This document shows, in pieces, positions 56,201 through 64,000 of a stretch of 64,000 nucleotides of DNA. Under the pieces are notes generated by a model, which had not been told where the DNA came from, ran no database searches, and saw nothing but the letters and a program-made list of their open reading frames with translations. Within the stretch, counting starts at the first letter, position 1. Each line of letters begins with the position of its first letter. The DNA is from Anaeramoeba ignava BMAN. Taxonomy: Eukaryota; Protista; Anaeramoebae. Position numbers and translations under genes: made by a program. The stretch spans positions 442,758 through 506,757 of the forward strand of contig JAPDFW010000022.1 in NCBI GenBank assembly GCA_028826165.1, written 5' to 3'.

Positions 56201-57934
56201 AAACAAAATAACGAAGAATTTGATCCATTTAATACAAATCAATCTAAATCTAAAGATAATAATTTAGATTCATTTAATTTTAATCCAAATCAATCTAAAT
56301 CACAAGATAATAATTTAGATTCATTCAATTTTAATCCAAATCAATCTAAATCTAAAGATAATAATTTAGATTCATTCAATTTCAATCCAAATCAATCTAA
56401 ATCTAAAGATAATAATTTGGATTCATTTAATTTCAATACAAATAAACAAAATAATGAAGAATTTGATCCATTTAATACAAATCAATCAAAATCACAAGAT
56501 AATAATTTAGATTCATTTAATTTCAATACAAATCAATCTAAATCTAAAGATAATAATTTAGATTCATTTAATTTCAATCCAAATCAATCTAAATCTAAAG
56601 ATAATAATTTAGATTCATTTAATTTTAATACAAATCAATCAAAATCAAAAATATCTACAAATCAAGATTTTAATTTATTAGAAACTCAAGAAAAACAAAA
56701 AGAAACAAAACAAAAATTTCCAAAATTAAACATCAGTTTAAAAAAACCAATTCAAAAAGAAAATGAAAAACAAAAAGAAAATGAAAAACAAAATAATGAT
56801 TTGGATATTTTTTCAACACCAATATCAACACCAAACCAAAACGAAGAATTTGATCCATTCAATAATCAAAAAACAAATGATAACCGAAAAAAACACAAAT
56901 CAAAACGAAAATCAAGATTCGATATGGTAAATCGACAACAAAAAAATACAGAAATTGAGAAAAAAGAAGAGATAATAGAACCAATTAAACCCAAATCAAA
57001 CAATCAAATGCAATCTCTACAAATTGCAAAGGAAATTCAACAAAAATTTTCAACGCAAAAAAACAGAAGCAAAACTTACACAAAGGAAAAAATCTCACAA
57101 ATTGGAAAGAAGGAAAAGAAAATTGGAACAGATATAATCTCAATGATAAGAGCACCTAAACATTCACCTTTTCCATCAAGATCATCATCCCCAAAATTAA
57201 AGGAAGAATATTCAAAAAATTCGCAAACAAACATCAAAATAGAAACAACTATAGTTGAAAAATTACACTATTTTTATCGCAACTCCAAAATTATTGAAGC
57301 TTATATTCTTGGCAAAATTCATTTCAAATTGGAAAATAACAATAAATCAAAATTACCGGAAATTTTGTTCCGAGTTTTAAATCGATTCAAATTAACACAA
57401 ACTATCCCAAATCCCTTTTATATCAAAACGGAAAATAATGAAGATAATGTTTTTCGATTTAGTGATGTTTCTCATTGCACAAATCCGTTATGTTTACTGA
57501 AATACTCTTTGGACGGAAAGCAATTCCCTGAAATTGTTCAAGTTACTCATAAATGGGACTTCAAATCAAATGTTTCGTTGATTGGAATCCAAATCACTCT
57601 CAATCCATCTTTTCCGTTTGAAATTAATCTTTCAATAAAAACTCAAATTGAAGGCAATTTAATCCGTAAAGTTATTCAACCTGAAATTGGATTTAGTCAA
57701 AAAGAACAATTTGTTTATTGGAAAAATTTAATTATTAAACCAAAATCTGAACCATTGAAAATTTTAGGCAAATTTGAAACAGATCAAGAAGGAAAAGAAT
57801 TTCCTGTTGAAATTGATTTTGAATGTTTGCAAACAAATTTATCAAGAACTTCAGTTCAAATTTCACCTAAAAATACACCTCCTTATTTACAAACAGAAAA
57901 AAAAATAATTCAAGCTCATTTTCTAATTTTCTAA
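53251..57934 (+). CDS. TCUP: TSET/TPLATE complex medium subunit TCUP/TML (longin domain, DPF-rich linker, mu-homology domain); exons 53251-53558, 54766-54925, 55010-55173, 55288-57934
   Basis: ILQHIDGINIFTQTVDFFP and LCDGTEVKKNKLLRKYVTVYLALEKIL resemble the plant TML N-terminus as recalled; C-terminal MHD-like IVEKLHYFY...ILGKI...LLKY...VYWK; repeated EEFDPF. Confidence 0.75.
53565..54755. repeat. 12-bp (ATAATTTTATTT)n array in TCUP intron 1
   Basis: Visible directly. Confidence 0.95.
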
Positions 57935-58028
57935 TTTTCTTAATTTTTTTAATTAAACTTAAACAAAAGGAATTAAATTTTAATTTCCGTTTTATTTATG
58001 AAAAAACAACAAAAACAACAAAAACAAA

Positions 58029-58064
<36 letters not shown>

Positions 58065-58147
58065 AAAAATGAATGAAAGAAAAAATGAATGAAAAAAAAT
58101 TCCAAATTCCAAATTCCAAATTCCGTTTTTTTTTTTAAATTTTAAAT

Positions 58148-59838
58148 TTAATTTTCGTTTAATTTATTCCAAATTGAGATTGTTAGTTGTTCTTGTTGTT
58201 TCAATAAATCAGCCAAATCACTAAATTTCTTTTTCAAAATTGCATTTTCATCAAGAATAGATTTTTCCTTATTAGTTTCTTGGAAAGAATCGATATCTGA
58301 CATTCTTCTTTGAAGATGAGATTCAAGTTCTTGATAACGTTTTTTTTGTTTTTCTTTTTCTGATCTTAATTTTTCAACTAAAGCTTGAATTTGAAGTTCT
58401 TTATTTTTAGAAAAATTAACAAAAATTCCCCACATATGATTTAAATCATCAACAATTTTCTTTTCCATTTTTGGAGTTTTCAAAAGATCGAACAAAATCT
58501 TTTATTCCCTCAATTGAATGTTCAAAATTTGCTGTTAATTCTTCATCTTCTTCGTTTGTCATAACTGCATTGTATGAAGTTGTTGATTGTCGATCAGAAG
58601 TAACTTGTGAATCTTGTGAAAGGTCAATATTTACAAGTCGATTTGACATTTCCAACGGTTCCACTTTGGAATCTTCTAATGGATTTGGAATTTTTTGATA
58701 GATGCATTGTAAACATAATTGATCACAAAAAATCATTGGTGTTCCCTATTTTAATTTTGAATTCAATTTTAATTTCAATTTTAATTTTTGATTTTAATTT
58801 TAATTTTAATTTTAATTTTAATTTCAAAATGAATTTTAATTTTTGATTTTAATTTTAATTTTTGATTTTAATTTAAATTTTAATTTTAATTTTAATTTTA
58901 ATTTTTGAATTTTAATTTTAATTTTAATTTTAATTTTAATTTCAAAATGAATTTTAATTTTAATTTTAATTTTAATTTTAAATTTTATACCCAAATATGA
59001 ACCCAAAACTCTTCTCTTTTTGTTGTTAAATGTAACCAATCAAAATCATACTTTTTCTCTTTAGATCTAAAATAAAAAAGATTAAATAAATAAAAAAGAT
59101 TAAATAAAAGATTTTCCACAAAAATTTTAAATTAAAATTTATCTTAATTTGTAATAATATTTTATAAATAAAATTTAAATAAAATTGGTGGTTTAAAAAA
59201 AAATAAAGTTATTGTGAAAAAAAACTTTGGAGAGTTGAATGTATAAACAAATAAGAATAAAAGTAAGAATAAAAACAAATCAATTAAAAAATAATAATAA
59301 TAAAATAAAGGGATCAAAAGATCAAATAAAAAAAATAATTTAAAAATCCAAAAAAATCAATTTAAAAATTCAAATATAAAATTAAATATAAAATAAATAA
59401 TTAAATAGAGAATAAATAAAAATAAATAATTAAATATAAAATAAATAATTAAATATAAAATAAATAATTAAATATAAAATAAATAATTAAATAAATAATT
59501 AAATAGAACAATCCAAAAAAATCAATTTAAAAAATCAATTAGAAAAAAAATATAAAATAAATAACAAACGCAAAAATCTTTCTTAAAGTAGTTTCAACAG
59601 CTAATCCTGATTCTAAATTTAATTGCGGTTGTGAAGGAGGACTTAACTCACTTGGATTTATTCCACAAAGTCCAGAAATTGTTGTTTCAAATAAATCAGC
59701 TGCTGCTTGATTACATTCAATAAATATTCCTGATTCATGAACTATTGTAATTGGCTCTTTTCTTGAATGAACCATTTTTAAATAAGCTTTCTTCTTTTTG
59801 TGCGTTACTTTTCTATTTACTGTCCCATAATTCCCCAT
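58148..59838 (-). CDS. PAS-domain protein with MG N-terminus and C-terminal coiled coil; exons 59838-59570, 59066-58991, 58745-58148; apparent 1-nt frameshift at about 58470
   Basis: EPITIVHESGIFIECNQAAADLF...SELSPPSQP and YDFDWLHLTTKREEFWVHIW|GTPM form a PAS/PAC pattern. Confidence 0.75.
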
Positions 59839-60419
59839 TTTAACCTAATTATTTAATTTAAAAAATAAAATTTAAAAGAAAAAAAATGAAATAATAAAAA
59901 TAAAATAAAAAAATTTTTTTTATTTAAATGCCAAATGGAAATTTTTATTTAATTTTTTTTTATTTAATTTTGATCAATTTATTTTAATTAAAAACTGATC
60001 AAAAATAAATTAAAATTTAATTAAACAAGAAATTAATTAATTAATTAATTAATAATTTTCAATTCTTCTTTTTATTATTTTAAAATAAAAATAAAAAAAT
60101 AAATTAATTAAAAAGATCAAAAAGGAAAGATTATTTTGTTTATTTTTTTTAATTAAAAAAAAAACACTTCATCTTAAAATACTCTCATAATCTATTTATA
60201 ATTTCGAATTCAAGATTATTTATTAATTCAATTTAGAAATTCTTATTAAATTAAAAAAGGTGAAAAAAATATTTTAAATTGGACTATTGAATCTAAAAGA
60301 TTAAATATTAAAAAAATTTAAATTAAATTAAAGATCAATCTCAAAATTAGCTAAATAAAAATATTTTAAATAGATTAAATGAAAAAAAAAACAATTTAAC
60401 CATCAGTATCCCAAATTCA

Positions 60420-62520
60420 ATTATAAAATTGATTATAAAATTTATATTAAAATTGATTATAAAATCTATTATAAAATTGATTATAAAATTGATTATAAAA
60501 TTGATTATAAAATTGATTATAAAATTAATTATAAAATTAATTATAAAATTAATTATAAAATTGATTATAAAATTAATTATAAAATTGATTATTAAATTGA
60601 TTATAAAATTAATTATTAAATTGATTATAAAATTGATTATAAAATTGATTATAAAATTGATTATAAAAATTGATTATAAAATTGATTATAAAATTGATTA
60701 TAAAATTGATTATAAAATTGATTATAAAAATTAATTATAAAATTAATTATAAAATTAATTATAAAATTAATTATAAAATTAATTATTAAATTGATTATAA
60801 AATTGATTATTAATTTATTAATTATTATAAAATTGATTATTAAATTAATTATTAAATTGATTATAAAATCAATTATAAAATTGATTATAAAATTTATTAT
60901 AAAATTGATTATAAAATTGATTATTAAATCTATTATTAAATTAATTATAAAATTGATTATAAAATTGATTATAAAATTGATTATAAAATTAATTATAAAA
61001 TTGATTATAAAATTAATTATAAATTATTAAATTGATTATAAAATTAATTATAAAATTGATTATAAAATTGATTATAAAATTGATTATAAAATTGATTATA
61101 AAATTGATTATAAAAATTAATTATTAAATTGATTATAAAATTAATTATAAAATCTATTTTAAATTGATTATTAAATTGATTATAAAATCTATTATAAAAT
61201 TGATTATAAAATTGATTATAAAATTAATTATAAAATTGATTATTAAATTGATTATTAAATTGATTATAAAATTAATTATAAAATTGATTATAAAATTAAT
61301 TATAAAATTAATTATAAAATTGATTATAAAATTAATTATTAAAATTGATTATAAAATTGATTATAAAATTAATTATAAAATTGATTATTAAATTGATTAT
61401 AAAATTAATTATTAAATTGATTATAAAATCTATTATAAAATCTATTTTAAAATTGATTATAAAAATTAATTATAAAATTAATTATTAAATTGATTATAAA
61501 ATTGATTATTAAAATTGATTATAAAATTGATTATAAAATTGATTATAAAATTAATTATAAAATTAATTATAAAATTGATTATAAAATTGATTATAAAATT
61601 AATTATAAAATTGATTATAAAATTGATTATAAAATTGATTATAAAATTAATTATAAAATTGATTATTAAATTGATTATAAAATTGATTATAAAATTGATT
61701 ATTAAATTGATTATAAAATTGATTATAAAATTGATTATAAAATTGATTATTAAATTGATTATAAAATTAATTATTAAATTGATTATAAAATTGATTATAA
61801 AATCTATTTTTAAAATTGATTATAAAATTAATTATAAAATTGATTATAAAATTGATTATAAAATTGATTATAAAATTGATTATAAAATTGATTATTAAAT
61901 TAATTATAAAATTAATTATTAAATTAATTATTAAACTGATTATAAAATTGATTATAAACTAATTATAAAATTAATTATTAAATTAATTATAAAATTAATT
62001 ATAAAAATTAATTATAAAATTAATTATAAAATTGATTATAAAATTAATTATTAAATTAATTATTAAATTGATTATAAAATTAATTATAAAATTAATTATA
62101 AAATTAATTATAAAATTAATTATTAAATTGATTATAAAATCTATTATAAAATTGATTATAAAATTGATTATAAAATTGTTTATAAAATTGATTATAAAAT
62201 TGATTATTAAATTAATTATAAAATTAATTATAAAATTGATTATAAAATTGATTATAAAATTAATTATAAAATTGATTATAAAATTAATTATTAAATTGAT
62301 TATTAAATTAATTATTAAATTGATTATTAAATTAATTATAAAATTTATTATAAAATTAATTATAAAATTAATTATAAAATTAATTATAAAATTAATTATA
62401 AAATTGATTGTAAAATTAATTATTAAATTGATTATAAAATTGATTATAAAATTTATATTAAAATTTATATTAAAATTTATATTAAAATTTATATTAAAAT
62501 TTATATTAAATTTATATTAA
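60420..62520. repeat. 12-bp (TTATAAAATTGA)n intergenic array, about 2.1 kb
   Basis: Visible directly. Confidence 0.95.
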
Positions 62521-62566
62521 AATTCCTTTCAATTTTAATCATAAAATCTGTTGAAAAAAAAAACTT

Positions 62567-64000
62567 TCAAACAATATTGAAAAAATTTAAAGATTTCACT
62601 AAATATTTCGCTTTTTCTTGATTCTCTTTTAAATCATCCAAAGTCAAAAACCCATGTTGTTTGACATCAATCTTGGAAAATAAATCCTCTAAAAAAGAAT
62701 AAATATTTTTGGATCCAAAATCATTCCAGTCATTCAAAGTGCAAAGAACAGACCAAACATTTTGGAAAGTAATTTTGTTTTGATTTTCCTGATCAAAAAC
62801 ACGAAAACAAAATTCAAGACGTTTTTCAAAACTTGGATTAACAAACAAGAATATAACTTGGATAAATTGTTGGAAAGAAAGATAACCATTTGAAAGATTA
62901 TCACAAGCAGAAAAAATGGTGTTTGAACGTTTTTCTTGAGAGACACCCAGACTTTTCATCAAAGAAATAAATTGGGTTTTTGTGACAAAACGTTTTGGAT
63001 ACTCAACACAAAACCGTTTATACATAACAGAAATTTCCAAAGAAGATAAATTGGTGATCACACTTAGATCCTCAAGTTCCTTTTCAGGAAGAGTTTTGCT
63101 CGAGTCTTCATTGAAAGACTTGTCTGTTTTGCATATTGCAAGATTCATTGCTTTGATCCATTCCAAATGATTAACTTCATTTTCAGCAAAGAAATAGTAC
63201 TTTTTCTTATTTGCTGCCACAATCGAAAATGTGAAGTGTTTTTTCAAATAGGGAACAATTGGGAAAAAATCCGCGTCTTTTAAACAAATTACTCCCGATG
63301 GTGATCGTGTTGTTAGATCGGGCGGATTGCTTGTATTCTTTTTGTCGAGTGAAAAATAATATAAGTTTTCTGATTCAATCAAAAAATATTTTCGGTTCCA
63401 TGATCTTTTCACTCCAAATGCTTTTTGGAAGGATAAGAATCCCTTGTTTTGAACATTTTGGAAAGATTTTAAAAGACAATAAAAACGATCGATTGAGGAA
63501 ATCAAACTTGTTGTCCAAATGATAAGTTCGTTTTTTGATTCACATTCAAAAAGAAATTTCTTTGTTGGCAATTGAACAGTTAAAAAGAAAGGCGGATTGT
63601 CATTTTCGAGATCAGAAACAATCTGCGCTTTTTGCAATGGAATGGAATGCGAAGACTCTGAGCCAATTTCCTTTTGAGAATTAGCGTAAATGAGATAGGC
63701 TCCTTCCAAATAAAACCAATATTTTTTTTTTCGTGCAAATTGTTTGAATTTCCGATTTTTTGGATCGTTAATGTTTGAGTTCTTGTACATACACAGAAAC
63801 CCGCTGTTGGCAAGAAGTAGTGAATCGGATTTCTTGCATAATCGATACACAGCTTTTTTGTGGACTTGACCCTTTTTTTCTATGGGCTTGTTTTGCAACT
63901 CGCTGTCTGAAATGTTCGGATCTGATAATGTTATATTCGATTGTGTTTCTGATTGCGATTGTGCATCCTCACTTATTCCGCTAATATCAGAACTGGTTGT
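62567..64000 (-). CDS. Two PH domains plus a calcineurin-B/recoverin-like EF-hand region; 5' end lies beyond the window
   Basis: SGFL...KKYWFYL...ELIIWTTSL; KGFL...WNRKYFLI...EWIKAM; KRLEFCFRVFDQENQNKIT. Frame is open to 64000. Confidence 0.8.
   Translation of the reverse strand, partial: TTSSDISGISEDAQSQSETQSNITLSDPNISDSELQNKPIEKKGQVHKKAVYRLCKKSDSLLLANSGFLCMYKNSNINDPKNRKFKQFARKKKYWFYLEGAYLIYANSQKEIGSESSHSIPLQKAQIVSDLENDNPPFFLTVQLPTKKFLFECESKNELIIWTTSLISSIDRFYCLLKSFQNVQNKGFLSFQKAFGVKRSWNRKYFLIESENLYYFSLDKKNTSNPPDLTTRSPSGVICLKDADFFPIVPYLKKHFTFSIVAANKKKYYFFAENEVNHLEWIKAMNLAICKTDKSFNEDSSKTLPEKELEDLSVITNLSSLEISVMYKRFCVEYPKRFVTKTQFISLMKSLGVSQEKRSNTIFSACDNLSNGYLSFQQFIQVIFLFVNPSFEKRLEFCFRVFDQENQNKITFQNVWSVLCTLNDWNDFGSKNIYSFLEDLFSKIDVKQHGFLTLDDLKENQEKAKYLVKSLNFFNIV

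Noticed and set aside
59345-59535. ~24-bp direct repeat (AATCCAAAAAAATCAATTTAAAAA) flanking a 20-bp array in the PAS intron, as a possible insertion with target-site duplication
   Set aside because: Low-complexity sequence; local slippage explains it equally well
60429-62520. ORFs of IIKL, NLFI, NIL, LIFK, IKIK or ILIL repeats here and at 15119, 17093, 28241-29537, 30893-31674, 32446-33119 and 37997-39140
   Set aside because: Stop-free frames of 6/9/12-bp intronic or intergenic repeats; they slip frame and mostly lack ATG starts

Overview
Very AT-rich eukaryotic (protist) genomic DNA with standard code and GT-AG spliceosomal introns. About 22 protein genes are separated by, and interrupted by, simple-sequence and satellite arrays. 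Gene content, (AAAATC)n/QN expansions, Inr-like TCATTT promoters and a nuclear intein suggest an anaerobic metamonad such as Anaeramoeba; this taxonomy is inference only. Recognisable genes: CH-domain coiled-coil protein (partial), PMT, Dbf2/NDR kinase, Ted1/PGAP5-like phosphoesterase, AFG2/SPATA5 AAA ATPase, CWC15, GPI8, a large FN3 surface protein, AMMECR1, an ARM-repeat protein, a prohibitin, an SH3 protein, THG1, V-ATPase c'', three paralogues of an unknown family, DCC1, TSET subunit TCUP/TML, a PAS protein and a PH-PH-EF-hand protein (partial). Top finding: a 379-aa intein (11915-13051) in the D2 ATPase domain of AFG2/SPATA5, with a decayed LAGLIDADG endonuclease and a non-canonical block B (His replaced by Gln). 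Also notable: a mosaic three-gene family with transcription-factor-like architecture set among nucleosome-length satellites, an ARM gene built from one symmetric phase-1 exon per repeat, and frame-preserving Q/N microsatellite inserts in conserved enzymes. Exon coordinates were derived by eye from GT/AG sites and reading-frame continuity. No RNA genes or CRISPR arrays were seen.
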